In this document: positions 1 through 9,770 of the stretch, piece by piece
Layout of the letters: each line of letters opens with the position of its first letter
Numbering within the stretch: the first letter of the stretch is position 1
Assembly (NCBI GenBank): GCA_965230435.1
Contig: CBDDLB010000004.1
Coordinates: 335,292 to 399,291 of the forward strand
Direction of reading: 5' to 3'
Length of the DNA: 64,000 bases
Origin: Bacteroidales bacterium
Lineage (GTDB): Bacteria > Bacteroidota > Bacteroidia > Bacteroidales > JBDKHP01
Notes under the pieces: generated by a model
What the model saw: the letters and a program-made list of their open reading frames with translations, nothing else
What the model was told of the DNA's origin: nothing
Database searches by the model: none
Program-made: the position numbers and the translations under genes

Positions 1-1019
1 CCTGTACACACATAATCCAAATCGGAAGAATAAAGTCCATAATTACTTGGGCGTACTTTTCCTGGAACCTGTTCATGATCGCCAATAATCGTAAGGTAAG
101 ATGGTGGGATACTGTATGAATTATACCTTGTATGTACTGCCTCCTTTACTTTTTCATAAGTCCAAGAGCTACCCAAAATAATTTCAGTTCTGTAGCCCAG
201 TTGCGATTTCCACTGAGCCAATGTTTCAGCAGCCTCTGCAAAATCTGTTCTGGCAAGGATAAGGTAGTTGGGGTCTTTTGAATCGTAAGAACTCTCTGTG
301 TTATCAGTGTCTAAAACATCCTCGTTTATGATCACATCTTCCATTAACTCCAAATCCGAATTTCTCTTTGGAGCTTTACCACCATCATAACTAACAATAT
401 AAGTTATCTTTGAGTACACCCGTATCTTTTTTGTCACCGGATTGTACTGAACAGGAACTACCCTAACAGAAGAGAAATAATTTCCTCTGTATTCCAATGC
501 TTCCTTTAGCTTCACAATCCTCTTCGGAAAAAACTCATTGGTGCTGTAGGTTTTTTCGTCTTTAACAAACTCTACATTATCCCCTCCCTCTAAATCCACT
601 GGAGGAGCAAGAGTTGGATGAATGTTGAAATTGTCGTACTCAATGTATTCAACATCGACAATCTTAATCGTAGGATTTTTTGTTCCAAGCGTGGCCACCA
701 TATCGCTGTGGGCAGGCAGGGCAGGTTTGCCCACTTCGCTCATTTTTCCAAAACCCTTTACATGGATATACTCATACACATTTTTATCCATTCCAATAAC
801 ATCAGCTATATATCCTCCTGTGAAAGTATAGCTTAGTGTGGTAGAGTTTTGGGTTGAAGAAACTTTGAGTTTTGGAATGATTTCGTTCTCCGTAACATCT
901 GTTGGAGCATCAATTGCAGTTTTTTTCTTAACGCTCCTGAAAGATAAATACCTGTTCTGAGCATAAGAATAGCTACAAGCCAGTGTAGCAATTAACAAAA
1001 ATAATAATGTTCGTTTCAT
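1..1019 (-). CDS. Peptidase C25 (gingipain/PorU-like) family protein, N-terminal part; the gene runs off the left edge
   Basis: Not in the ORF track because there is no stop in the window. My translation from ATG (revcomp of 1017-1019) reads MKRTLLFLLIATLACSYSYAQNRYLSFRSVKKKTAIDAPTDVTENEIIPKLKVSS..., a signal peptide. In frame near the edge it reads ...YSIPPSYLTIIGDHEQVPG, resembling the IGDHxDIP block of C25 peptidases. Confidence 0.55.
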   Translation of the reverse strand, partial: MKRTLLFLLIATLACSYSYAQNRYLSFRSVKKKTAIDAPTDVTENEIIPKLKVSSTQNSTTLSYTFTGGYIADVIGMDKNVYEYIHVKGFGKMSEVGKPALPAHSDMVATLGTKNPTIKIVDVEYIEYDNFNIHPTLAPPVDLEGGDNVEFVKDEKTYSTNEFFPKRIVKLKEALEYRGNYFSSVRVVPVQYNPVTKKIRVYSKITYIVSYDGGKAPKRNSDLELMEDVIINEDVLDTDNTESSYDSKDPNYLILARTDFAEAAETLAQWKSQLGYRTEIILGSSWTYEKVKEAVHTRYNSYSIPPSYLTIIGDHEQVPGKVRPSNYGLYSSDLDYVCT

Positions 1020-1464
1020 AAAAAACAGTGATTTAGGATTAGTAGCCACAAGAGTAAAAGATTATTGTTTGTTCGAAGTGGAGATTCTTTGCAAATAAGT
1101 GGACAATTTCTTCACTGTTAGAAACTACAAGGTTTTCAGGACGTTAAAAACCTTAATAAATATTAAAGCGAGAAAAAAATAAATTTGATGACAATTTAAG
1201 TGCTGTAAATTGAGCAAAACAGAACCCATATAATCCAAAATGCCATTTAGGCTGAAAATAGATCTAACTTAATTTTATCAGGGTACTTACTGCTTAGTAA
1301 AATCACCAACAAATATCTCCAGAGCTACACTGAAGATTTCACAAAGTATCTTTGAGTCTTTTAATGAGGAGAATACAAGAATCTATTTTGCTTCGCAAAA
1401 CATAGAATAAGAAAAATGGCGTAATCTAAATCAATGATAGAATTTAAACTAAAGACAAACCTAT

Positions 1465-1536
1465 AAGGTATCATACCTATTTATTTTATACTTACTCTTT
1501 ACAAGTAACCAGCAACCTAGCACCAGAATAAATCTG
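1465..1536 (-). repeat. Copy 1 of a ~72-nt conserved intergenic repeat (other copies at 24280-24349 and 49764-49836)
   Basis: Shared core ACCTATTTATT.T...A.TTACT.CT.T.CAAGT.ACCA......TAG....AGAATAAATCT. It contains ATTTATT/AATAAAT and TTACT/AGTAA inverted pairs. It lies 40-110 nt downstream of the stop of minus-strand gene 1576-3366. Confidence 0.6.
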
Positions 1537-1575
1537 GATCAATTATGACAGAATACTTATGATATGCATTCTTAC

Positions 1576-3366
1576 TTAATTCAACTTGTCCCTATATTTC
1601 GATGGACATATACCCATTTCTTTAGAAAAACAACGGCTAAAATATTTAGGATCGCTAAATCCTACCATGTAACTAACCTCATTTATTATCAACCCTTTAT
1701 TTTCCAAAAGTTTGGCTGCCCGTTTCAAACGGACACTTCGTATATATTCGTTTGGAGACATCTTAACCTGCTCCTTAAGCCTTCTGTACAACTGCATTTG
1801 ACTAAGTCCCAACTTCTCTCCCAGCTCATTCTGTCCAAAATTGGGATCCGACAATTCCTTTTCAACAACTTTCTTTATTCTATCCATAAACATATCATCG
1901 AAAGTTTTTACTTCCGCATTTTCAGACCGCATCCTTAACTCTGCTTCCACAGCATCTCTAATCTGGCTGTTACGCTCCATGAGATTAGCTATTTTCAACT
2001 TCAAAAGTTCAACATCCAACGGTTTAATGATATATCCATCAATTCCTGCCAAATATCCCTCTTTCTGATCGTGTATTTCCGACAAAGCTGTAAGCAATAC
2101 AAATGGTATTGTACAATAAACAACATCATTTTTCAAAGTTTTACACAGCTCTACCCCACTCATTTCTGGCATCATCCAATCAGACAAGATCAAATCTATT
2201 GTATCGTTTCTCTTAATGTATTCCAGAGCTTCCTTTCCATTTGAAGCCTCTATCACATTGTAATCTTCAGATAAAATTTCTTTCAGGTACAGCAGTAAAT
2301 ATTGATTATCCTCTACCACTAAAACCGTCTTTCTTAATGCACACAGCCCTACCTCCCCATGCTCTACGCCCTCTTTTTTCGTGGATACCCCACCCGTAAT
2401 GTTCTTTTTTCCACACGCGACCTCCTCTTGGTTTATGTGTTCAATAGGTAAACAAACCCTAAAGCAGCTTCCTTTGCCTTCAGTACTTTCCACACAAATA
2501 GTTCCTTTCAATATCTCTATACAGTCCTTTGCTCGCGCCAAACCTAAACCCTCTCCCTCTATATTGGCTTTTGTGGACTTACCTACCTGATAATATCGGT
2601 CGAATACATACGGCAAACAATCCTCTGGAATTCCAACTCCAGAATCACATACCCAAAGCACGATATTCCCGTCTGAAAAAGACAATTCACAAATGATATC
2701 CCCCCCCTTAGGAGTGAACTTTATGGCATTAGAAACTAAGCAAGCCAAAATATTATTCAGCTTTTCAAAATCAAAATGACAGCGGAACTTTCGTTTTTCT
2801 GCCGAAAAGCACAACTCCAACTGTCTCTCTCCTGCCCTGCTCATAAATGCATTCACCGTTTTCCGGCATTCATTCACAATATCGCCTTGCCTCAGATTTA
2901 TCTGCCTATGCCTCATTTCCTGCTGTAGCTTATCTAAGGTTTTATTTAAAAGCTGCAAGATGTACTTTGAATTAATTTCTATCCGTTGCAATTCCGTAAA
3001 CATCTCTGTAGAAATCCTCCGCCTTCTAACAATGCAACTTAAAGCCCTATCTATCAACACTAAAGGCACTTTAATATCGAACAGTACATTGGCACATGTT
3101 TTCTGCTCAGAACATGTAAAAATACCACGCTCTTCTTTCACTTCTCGCAAATACTCCGATTGAGCCAACAACAGATCTGATTGAGTACTCAATTTTTGAC
3201 TTTGTCTTTCCAAATCCTGCTGTTGATTTTCGATTTTCTGGGCATACTCACAAACAAGTGCTTCTAGCTCTCGTGCTCTCCGCCTTACTTTGCCAAATCT
3301 AACTCCTACAACCAACAAGCAACAACCAAGACAACAAACGATTGATGTAAAAAAATAGGGTTCCAT
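1576..3366 (-). CDS. Hybrid sensor histidine kinase / response regulator with C-terminal AraC-type HTH
   Basis: 596 aa. N-terminal TM segment and coiled coil. HATPase_c-like blocks (NAIKFTPKGG, DSGVGIPE, GEGLGLARAKD). Receiver domain (VLVVEDNQ...LILSDWMMPEMSG...IIKP). AraC HTH (VGFSDPKYFSRCFSKEMGICPSKYR). Confidence 0.85.
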   Translation of the reverse strand: MEPYFFTSIVCCLGCCLLVVGVRFGKVRRRARELEALVCEYAQKIENQQQDLERQSQKLSTQSDLLLAQSEYLREVKEERGIFTCSEQKTCANVLFDIKVPLVLIDRALSCIVRRRRISTEMFTELQRIEINSKYILQLLNKTLDKLQQEMRHRQINLRQGDIVNECRKTVNAFMSRAGERQLELCFSAEKRKFRCHFDFEKLNNILACLVSNAIKFTPKGGDIICELSFSDGNIVLWVCDSGVGIPEDCLPYVFDRYYQVGKSTKANIEGEGLGLARAKDCIEILKGTICVESTEGKGSCFRVCLPIEHINQEEVACGKKNITGGVSTKKEGVEHGEVGLCALRKTVLVVEDNQYLLLYLKEILSEDYNVIEASNGKEALEYIKRNDTIDLILSDWMMPEMSGVELCKTLKNDVVYCTIPFVLLTALSEIHDQKEGYLAGIDGYIIKPLDVELLKLKIANLMERNSQIRDAVEAELRMRSENAEVKTFDDMFMDRIKKVVEKELSDPNFGQNELGEKLGLSQMQLYRRLKEQVKMSPNEYIRSVRLKRAAKLLENKGLIINEVSYMVGFSDPKYFSRCFSKEMGICPSKYRDKLN

Positions 3367-3778
3367 TTCAGAAGAGATATAAGCCTTAAGGACAAATACC
3401 CAGCAATTTCTGCCAAGTTCGCAGGTTTATTTAACTAGATTTACTTTGTACATTATCTATTACTCATCGATAGAATACTGCCTACTAAGTATGTGGTACC
3501 TAGTATTAGCAATAAGCACAGTACAAATATTCAATGCTGCGACAAACCTAAAAGCATCGTTCATTACTAACACATCTAGTTAACTAGATGAACAACGATA
3601 ACAAATGTAAATATAAAGACGTACTTCTAATAATAACACCCCTCAGAAATTACACCTGTCATAATTTTTCTTTAAAAAAATCTGGTTTTCAATAGTTAAG
3701 CAACTATTGAAACAACCCAAATCAGGGGCAAACACCAACACTCATAGAAGATAAATCAACAATAGAGCAACAATCCAA

Positions 3779-4798
3779 TCAAAAAACAAAGTTGAAAGAA
3801 ACTCTATAACTGAGTCCTCTCATGTTCCTGCTATCTTTGAAAGGAATAAAATAACCTATTTTATTGTCAAGCAGTATATACTTAGTTTTCAGCAGCTCCA
3901 GCCCTATAAAAGCACTCATGTACCAGCTCCTCCATTTACTATCCTCACTTGTTGCCAAAATATACCCACCGTTAAAACTCGAATAAAGGTTCATAGACAT
4001 TTTTGCCCCTCTTCCAAGATACCTCGAATAGAAATCCTGTCCCAGAGCAAACACAAACAATTCATCGATGTGTTTCTCATTGGCTTCTTTTTCAAAATCT
4101 TTGAATGCCCCTATCAGTCCATACGTTTTTCCTCGCGTGAACATGTATTTCAGAAAAACACCCTGATATACATCTGCACTGAAATCTTCTTTCGGTTTTT
4201 CTATACTCAGGTACGAATATTCAATACCGGGCATGTTCACCATAGAAAAGCGCGAATAATCTTCCGTTGGATTTTTCTCTTCGTAAACCTTTATGTGTAT
4301 TTCAAATCGTGCATGCTTATCTTTCTCCTTGTCTATTGCTTTCTGTTTGCGATGAATATTCTCGTCAATTTTTCTTATTTCCCGCCAGATACCTAAATAT
4401 TCGGCATGATCCTTTGTCAATGTTGCAATCAGCTTTTCATACTCTTCCTTTCTACTTTTCAGGTACAAAAGCTCGCTCTGCATCTCGTTCACCTTGCGCA
4501 AATAATTCTCAGAATTCACGGTTTGTTCATTCGGGTTCCCCCAACCTTGAGTTTTTTGAACAAAATCATCATACTGCTTTTTTGACAAATTGAAACGAAC
4601 ATCTATCGATTTCCGAGCTACATTCATCGAAGATACATCTATCTTGTGTTCCTGTAAGTAAGTATTCAACTTCTGCTTAAAAACTGACATATCCAGTACA
4701 TAATAAACCCGATATACCTTTGTCGTTAGGTTTTTATCATTTTGTCCCATTGCACTGAACAATATCAGTAAGAATAATAGGGTAATCTGTCCTTTCAT
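3779..4798 (-). CDS. Secreted or outer-membrane hypothetical protein
   Basis: 339 aa. Signal-like start MKGQITLLFLLILFSAMGQ, central Lys/Glu-rich coiled coil, beta-rich C-terminal half ending ...SYRVSFNFVF (aromatic terminus). Family not recognised. Confidence 0.45.
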   Translation of the reverse strand: MKGQITLLFLLILFSAMGQNDKNLTTKVYRVYYVLDMSVFKQKLNTYLQEHKIDVSSMNVARKSIDVRFNLSKKQYDDFVQKTQGWGNPNEQTVNSENYLRKVNEMQSELLYLKSRKEEYEKLIATLTKDHAEYLGIWREIRKIDENIHRKQKAIDKEKDKHARFEIHIKVYEEKNPTEDYSRFSMVNMPGIEYSYLSIEKPKEDFSADVYQGVFLKYMFTRGKTYGLIGAFKDFEKEANEKHIDELFVFALGQDFYSRYLGRGAKMSMNLYSSFNGGYILATSEDSKWRSWYMSAFIGLELLKTKYILLDNKIGYFIPFKDSRNMRGLSYRVSFNFVF

Positions 4799-4950
4799 AA
4801 CTTTTGGTTTTAGTGAGGTTTACTACATATACATTTAGCATTGCAACACGAACAACACTCTTGCGGCTACCATTTCTTAGTATTGGGTAGAAAATACGTT
4901 CTAGCAAAAAGGTCTATAAACTTAAATAGGCAAGCATATTTCTTCTCTAA

Positions 4951-4990
4951 AAATAATAAAAAATGCAGTGCCCTAGCCGGACACTGCATT
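4951..4990 (-). terminator. Intrinsic terminator downstream of frr
   Basis: 9-bp stem AATGCAGTG (4962-4970) / CACTGCATT (4982-4990) with an 11-nt loop. An A-run lies on the plus strand just left of it, which is a T-run after the hairpin on the minus strand. Confidence 0.65.
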
Positions 4991-5035
4991 AGTTTATAAA
5001 AAGATAAGAAAGCTTAAGTGAAGCCTAGCTTCAAA

Positions 5036-5599
5036 CTAAACTGTCATTACTTCTTCCTCTTTGGCTTTAATATGATCTTCAATATTCTTGTTGTATTTAT
5101 CAACCATTTTCTGAACTTCTGCCTCAGCATCCTTAGCAAGATCCTCAGAAAGTCCGTCCTTTTGCATTTTTTTCACCTCATCGTTCGCTGTCTTACGAGC
5201 CGAACGAATACTGATGCGTGCTTCCTCTCCCTCGTGGAGTACCTGCTTCATAAGATCGCGACGGCGTTCCTCTGTCAGTGGTGGAACATTAATGCGAACC
5301 ATCTCCCCGTTGTTTTCCGGGTTAAAACCAAGGTTGGCATTCAAAATTGCTTTTTCAATAGGTGCAATCATGGCTTTCTCCCAAGGCTGAACCGTAATTG
5401 TGCGCGCATCTTGCGTACCCACGTTCGCGACTTGGTGTAGTGGCGTCATCGATCCGTAGTAGTCAACCATAACCCCTTGTAACATAGAAGGCGATGCTTT
5501 TCCAGCGCGGATCTTTACCAATTCTTTTTCTAAATGTTCGATGGCGTGCTCCATGCTGTCTTTTGCCATCTCCATAATCATATCTACGTCCTCGTTCAT
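5036..5599 (-). CDS. frr: Ribosome recycling factor
   Basis: 187 aa with the classic RRF sequence over its full length (...LEKELVKIRAGKASPSMLQGVMVDYYGSMTPLHQVANV...PPLTEERRRDLMKQV...). Confidence 0.95.
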   Translation of the reverse strand: MNEDVDMIMEMAKDSMEHAIEHLEKELVKIRAGKASPSMLQGVMVDYYGSMTPLHQVANVGTQDARTITVQPWEKAMIAPIEKAILNANLGFNPENNGEMVRINVPPLTEERRRDLMKQVLHEGEEARISIRSARKTANDEVKKMQKDGLSEDLAKDAEAEVQKMVDKYNKNIEDHIKAKEEEVMTV

Positions 5600-5827
5600 A
5601 ACGCTTAGTTTTGCTGTTATCTACTACAAATATAGAATTATTGAACAAAGTGGAGGGTATTTCCTTCCTTCAACCAACAGTAATATTCATAAACACCAAG
5701 AATATAAAATCGAGATGCAAGGCTCCGCATTTCTACCAATAACTAATAAACCAATAAACTAATGACCAATTAATTTTCAAAAAAACTACCTTTGCAAACG
5801 CTAAAACCGTAGCAAACCGCAAATTAC

Positions 5828-7012
5828 ATGATTGAAAGAAAGAAAGTTAAAGAACGTACCGTTCTGGTGGGCATTATTACCCCCGAACAACCTTTAGAAA
5901 AAGTACAAGAATACTTGGCAGAACTAGAATTCCTTGCCAAAACTGCTGGTGTGGAAACCGTTCGCCATTTTACACAAAACCTACCTGTTGCTAATCCAAA
6001 AACCTTCGTTGGATCTGGTAAACTTCAAGAAATCAAGACTTTTATCACAGCAGAAGATGTCCCGATGGTGATCTTCGACGAAGAGCTTTCGCCTTCTCAG
6101 CTACGGAATGTGGAGCGCGAACTGGAAGTGCATGTAATGGATCGTACTGGCCTCATCCTCGACATTTTTGCTCAGCGCGCACGTACAGCACACGCAAAAA
6201 CGCAGGTAGAACTTGCCCAATACGAATACATCCTCCCACGCCTTACCAGAATGTGGACCCACCTAGAGCGCCAACGAGGAGGTATCGGTATGCGCGGACC
6301 TGGTGAAACCGAACTTGAAACAGACCGCCGTATCATCCGCGATAAGATTTCGAAGCTTAAGGAAGACCTGAAGAAGATCGACAAACAGATGGCCACCCAA
6401 CGCAAAAACAGGGGGCGCATGATCCGCGTTGCTCTTGTTGGCTACACCAATGTTGGTAAATCTACCATCATGAACATGCTTGGCAAATCTGAGGTTTTGG
6501 CAGAGAATAAGCTTTTTGCTACTCTTGATACCACAGTACGCAAGGTGGTAGTAGACAATCTGCCTTTTCTATTATCCGACACTGTTGGTTTCATTAGAAA
6601 ACTGCCGCACGGTCTGGTAGAGTCGTTCAAATCTACATTGGACGAAACCCGCGAAGCTGACATTCTGCTTCATGTTGTGGATATCTCCCACTCCAGTTTC
6701 GAAGATCACATAGAAGTGGTAGACCGCACCCTTCGTGAAATAGGTGCTTCCGACAAACCAACATATCTTATCTTCAATAAAATTGATGCCTACACCTTCG
6801 AAGAAAAAGAGGAAGACGACCTAAGTCCCAAAGAGCAAAAGAATTTTTCTTTGGAAGAACTTAAGCAAAGCTACATGGCAAAAACCAATGCTGAATGCAT
6901 TTTTATTTCGGCATTGCATAAAGAAAACATAGCTGAGTTCAAACAAAGACTTTACGACCATGTAAAGAAAATTCATGTAACGCGATATCCTTACGACAAG
7001 TTTTTATATTAA
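5828..7012 (+). CDS. hflX: GTPase HflX
   Basis: 394 aa. HflX-type N-terminal domain, then G1 GYTNVGKST, G3 DTVGF and G4 NKID. Confidence 0.92.
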   Translation: MIERKKVKERTVLVGIITPEQPLEKVQEYLAELEFLAKTAGVETVRHFTQNLPVANPKTFVGSGKLQEIKTFITAEDVPMVIFDEELSPSQLRNVERELEVHVMDRTGLILDIFAQRARTAHAKTQVELAQYEYILPRLTRMWTHLERQRGGIGMRGPGETELETDRRIIRDKISKLKEDLKKIDKQMATQRKNRGRMIRVALVGYTNVGKSTIMNMLGKSEVLAENKLFATLDTTVRKVVVDNLPFLLSDTVGFIRKLPHGLVESFKSTLDETREADILLHVVDISHSSFEDHIEVVDRTLREIGASDKPTYLIFNKIDAYTFEEKEEDDLSPKEQKNFSLEELKQSYMAKTNAECIFISALHKENIAEFKQRLYDHVKKIHVTRYPYDKFLY

Positions 7013-7116
7013 GTAGATGTGCTAATATAAGCGACACTTTTAGTTTTTTCACTACGCTGAATATTAGCACAATGCTTTTCCTAATAAATAGCACCACATG
7101 CTTAAAACTATTATTT

Positions 7117-7290
7117 TGAATACCCAAATTCAGAAAACACAGGCCGCCGATCACTTTAAGTGATCTCTGACCTGTACTAGGAAAGATTGCCCACTCCGGG
7201 GCGCTGTTAACGTTAGTTTTCCTGAGCTTACGAAAACGCCCCGAAGTGGGCAATCTTTTCCTGCATAGTTAAAACATATCGTTTGATATG
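7117..7290. repeat. Copy 1 of a ~170-nt structured element (candidate ncRNA); copy 2 at 35449-35612
   Basis: Small hairpin GATCACT-tta-AGTGATC (7149-7165). Long stem GGAAAGATTGCCCACTCCGGGGCG (7180-7203) / CGCCCCGAAGTGGGCAATCTTTTCC (7237-7261). Loop contains TTCCTGAGCTT. Same order and orientation as copy 2, with compensatory substitutions in the long stem. Confidence 0.6.
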
Positions 7291-7797
7291 TGACTGGCTA
7301 CGCTTAGATAGGGCAAACGCATAAAAATATTACCTCCTGAAAACCAAAGGTTTTCTAATAAAAGGCAAAGCCTTTTGACTCACCACCTGAAAAAAGGAAG
7401 ATATTTAGCTCCTGAGAAACTCGATCATTATTTATCAACAATAAAAATTAAGTCCAAAAATGGACGCATGAAAATAAAAGAAAAGTTTCCAACAATTATT
7501 AAGCGGATTTCTAAGAGTATAAGAAATTCTGAGTTTGATAAATGCTTTAAGTAACTAGGCTTATGTCTTGGTGATTATTATTGATTCTATTCTTAATAGT
7601 TGTCCTTTTTTCTTTAAGTGACTGACAAAAGTTTTTAATTTTAATCAATATTGAGTATAGTGTAAAAGAAGAACTTAGAATAAAACGAATAATATTTGAA
7701 TAATTTTTAGTCAAGGTACAAGATGTTCAATACTCAGACATAAAAGGAAGTAAGGATTAGAATTAAGGAACCTATCTAATACAAAAGTTAATATAGA

Positions 7798-8310
7798 ATG
7801 ATTTCAATACGAAAATGTAAAGTTTTTATTTTTAGAACGGTAAAGCAATTTAGATTAAGTAAAAGTGAAATAGAAACATTAAAATTTCTAGAATCTGAAT
7901 TCCCTAATAATGTAGATGTATCTACAATTATAAATTGTGTTTTTATTGGAAAATATAACGAATCACTTTATGAAGTATTGGAATATCTTGTACATAGCGG
8001 TTGCATAAATGCACTAAGAGATCCACGTACGAGTGAACCGTCATGTTATCATATAACATCTCGTGGAAAAAAATGGCTGAAATCTACGCTTATTTATCAG
8101 CGGATATTAACGCCTATTACTGTCTTAAAATTATATTTACAGAGGGTAACTTTTTTCTATACAAAAGAAGACAAACTGATGGTTCAGTTTCAAAATTTTA
8201 GAATTAGATATGCGGATATATCTTATGAAAACTTCCCAAGTGTTTCGACCCCTATATTCCTAGAGTATTATTTTAATTTTTCTAAAAAAGTGTTGATCAC
8301 CGTTTTATAG
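7798..8310 (+). CDS. Hypothetical protein
   Basis: 170-aa ORF in very AT-rich DNA with no motif recognised. The only support is the strong hairpin plus T-run immediately downstream (8331-8400). Confidence 0.3.
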   Translation: MISIRKCKVFIFRTVKQFRLSKSEIETLKFLESEFPNNVDVSTIINCVFIGKYNESLYEVLEYLVHSGCINALRDPRTSEPSCYHITSRGKKWLKSTLIYQRILTPITVLKLYLQRVTFFYTKEDKLMVQFQNFRIRYADISYENFPSVSTPIFLEYYFNFSKKVLITVL

Positions 8311-8330
8311 GGTAATCAGATCTGAAATGA

Positions 8331-8400
8331 AAAGTTATTTCCGAAATATTTTTTTTGCTTTTAGAGGAGCAAAAAATATTTCAGAATAACTTTTTTCTCT
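8331..8400 (+). terminator. Long-stem hairpin followed by a T-run (candidate terminator)
   Basis: AAAAGTTATTTCCGAAATATTTTTTTTGCT (8331-8359) pairs with AGCAAAAAATATTTCAGAATAACTTTTTT (8368-8396). The loop is 8 nt and is followed by TTTTTTCTCT. Confidence 0.5.
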
Positions 8401-8505
8401 ATCTCCGATCCCATATCCATTTTGTTATAGCTTTATCCTTTCTCTTAAAAATGAACGTTTTCCCTATTGAATGACAAAACTTCCTTTGTGTTTTTACTGG
8501 TCAGT

Positions 8506-9363
8506 TTATGCAACATCCTTACGGAATATGACCTGATGTTTTGCCGACTCCCATTTTTCCTGTGGCGTATTCCATTTCAGGCCTCCGTGCAATCTTTCAT
8601 TATTGTAAAACTGTCTGTACCTATTAAGTATCTGCTGTATCTGCCCAAAAGTACGGTACTCGAACCTGTCAAATATTTCACGTTTAAGGATGCCGTGATA
8701 AGCTTCAATATGGGCGTTTTCCTCGGGTGTCGCAACATGTGTGAACTCCTGTCCCACACCGATAAGTTCAAGATACTGCCTCACGTCAGAGGCTATGAAC
8801 TGACTTCCGTTGTCGCTCCTGATGACAACCTGTTCAGGGTATTGATACTCTTCCAGAAGCTTCTCAAGGCAGGTAATCACATCCTTTTTCTTTACCGAGA
8901 ATGCTAACAGGTCTGTCAGTATCTTTCTGGTAAACACATCAATCACTGAAAATAGGTATGCGTTCTTACCTTTCTCTGGTATCCATACCATCTTTATATC
9001 CATTTCAAGACACTGGAACGGGCGTTGGGCCTTAACTTTCCTGAACCTTACAAACTTACGGCCTTTTCTGTCTGCCATGATCCTGTTGCTGGTCTTTAAC
9101 AGCCTGGCTTTCTTCATGATCCTGTACACCTTTTTATGGTTGATCCGGTAGCCGTCCCGTTTAAGGTAGGCCGTGACAACTTTATAGCCACAGTCCAGAA
9201 ATTCATATTTCAGGAAAAGCCCTTTTATGGCCAAGACCACTTCTGCTTCCTCGACAGACCTTTTCGCATTATGCAGCGTGTATTCACTGGGCTTTCGCCC
9301 CTTACGTCCTGTTTTTTCACGGTAATAAAACGTACTTTCGCTCATTCCCGCATATGCGATCAC
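8506..9363 (-). CDS. IS3-family transposase OrfB (DDE/rve integrase core)
   Basis: 285-aa ORF. It shows ...WIPEKGKNAYLFSVIDVFTRKIL..., ...IRSDNGSQFIA... and ...YNNERLHGGLKWNTPQEKW, typical rve-domain blocks. Confidence 0.9.
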   Translation of the reverse strand: MIAYAGMSESTFYYREKTGRKGRKPSEYTLHNAKRSVEEAEVVLAIKGLFLKYEFLDCGYKVVTAYLKRDGYRINHKKVYRIMKKARLLKTSNRIMADRKGRKFVRFRKVKAQRPFQCLEMDIKMVWIPEKGKNAYLFSVIDVFTRKILTDLLAFSVKKKDVITCLEKLLEEYQYPEQVVIRSDNGSQFIASDVRQYLELIGVGQEFTHVATPEENAHIEAYHGILKREIFDRFEYRTFGQIQQILNRYRQFYNNERLHGGLKWNTPQEKWESAKHQVIFRKDVA

Positions 9364-9404
9364 TTGACTAAGGCTACATTTGCGCTTTGCTGCGACCTTG
9401 CGGA

Positions 9405-9716
9405 TCAGATCTTTCTTGGATCCGATGTCCCAAACTTTTTTTTTAACAGTTCCCGTTGAACTTCAAGTTCAACCTCTTTATCTGCTAGTAGTTTACGCAA
9501 TAATCGGTTCTCCTCTTCGGCTTCCTTAAGCTCTTTGCTTCGGTTGTCGTAATTTACTTTTAGGCCAGCTTCGCCCTGGCTGTCAAACTTCTTTTTCCAG
9601 TTGTAATAAGTAGCCGTGCTAACATTGTGTTTGCGGCATACCTCCACAACGTCTCCGTTTTCTGCCTCTTGAAGTATTTCCAACTTCTTTGATGCTTCCC
9701 ATCTCTTACGTTTCAT
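9405..9716 (-). CDS. IS3-family transposase OrfA (HTH)
   Basis: 103 aa: MKRKRWEASKKLEILQEAENGDVVEVCRKHNVSTATYYNWKKKF..., followed by a leucine-zipper-like segment. Confidence 0.9.
   Translation of the reverse strand: MKRKRWEASKKLEILQEAENGDVVEVCRKHNVSTATYYNWKKKFDSQGEAGLKVNYDNRSKELKEAEEENRLLRKLLADKEVELEVQRELLKKKFGTSDPRKI
9436..9444 (-). other. Programmed -1 ribosomal frameshift site of the IS3 element
   Basis: The minus strand reads CTG TTA AAA AAA AAG. Shifting -1 in the A-run gives ...KVWDIGSKKDLIRKVAAKRKCSLSQVIAYAGMSESTFYYREKTG, which runs directly into OrfB. Confidence 0.75.
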
Positions 9717-9770
9717 GATGCTAATTTACTTGTTTGAAATTTTATAATTTCACTCCAAGCATTTAGGGGG

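Larger units (their letters stand above)
8468..9757 (-). mobile_element. IS3-family insertion sequence (ends approximate)
   Basis: orfA and orfB in the typical arrangement with an A-run frameshift site. Candidate TG-type ends are TGAATGAC at 8468 and revcomp TGGAGTGA at 9757, which match only weakly. I could not identify a target duplication. Confidence 0.7.

Noticed and set aside
618-836. Two overlapping ~70-aa plus-strand ORFs
   Set aside because: They lie antisense inside the open, motif-bearing C25 peptidase frame that runs from 1019 to the window edge.
7131-7150. RNase P RNA fragment, since CAGAAAACACAGGCCGCCGAT resembles the conserved ACAGA.A.CA.ACCGCCGAU region
   Set aside because: The universally conserved GAGGAAAGUCCGGGC block and the rest of the RNase P architecture are absent. 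The motif also occurs twice in a ~170-nt context.
6939-7253. 104-aa minus ORF, and the 93-aa minus ORF at 31569-31850 that shares 'FKHVVLFI'
   Set aside because: The shared peptide comes from a 24-nt DNA motif (AATAAATA[GA]CACCAC[AG]TGCTTAAA at ~7085 and ~31800) in intergenic DNA. The rest of the two ORFs is unrelated, and the first overlaps the structured element. The motif itself, with only two copies, is too short to interpret.
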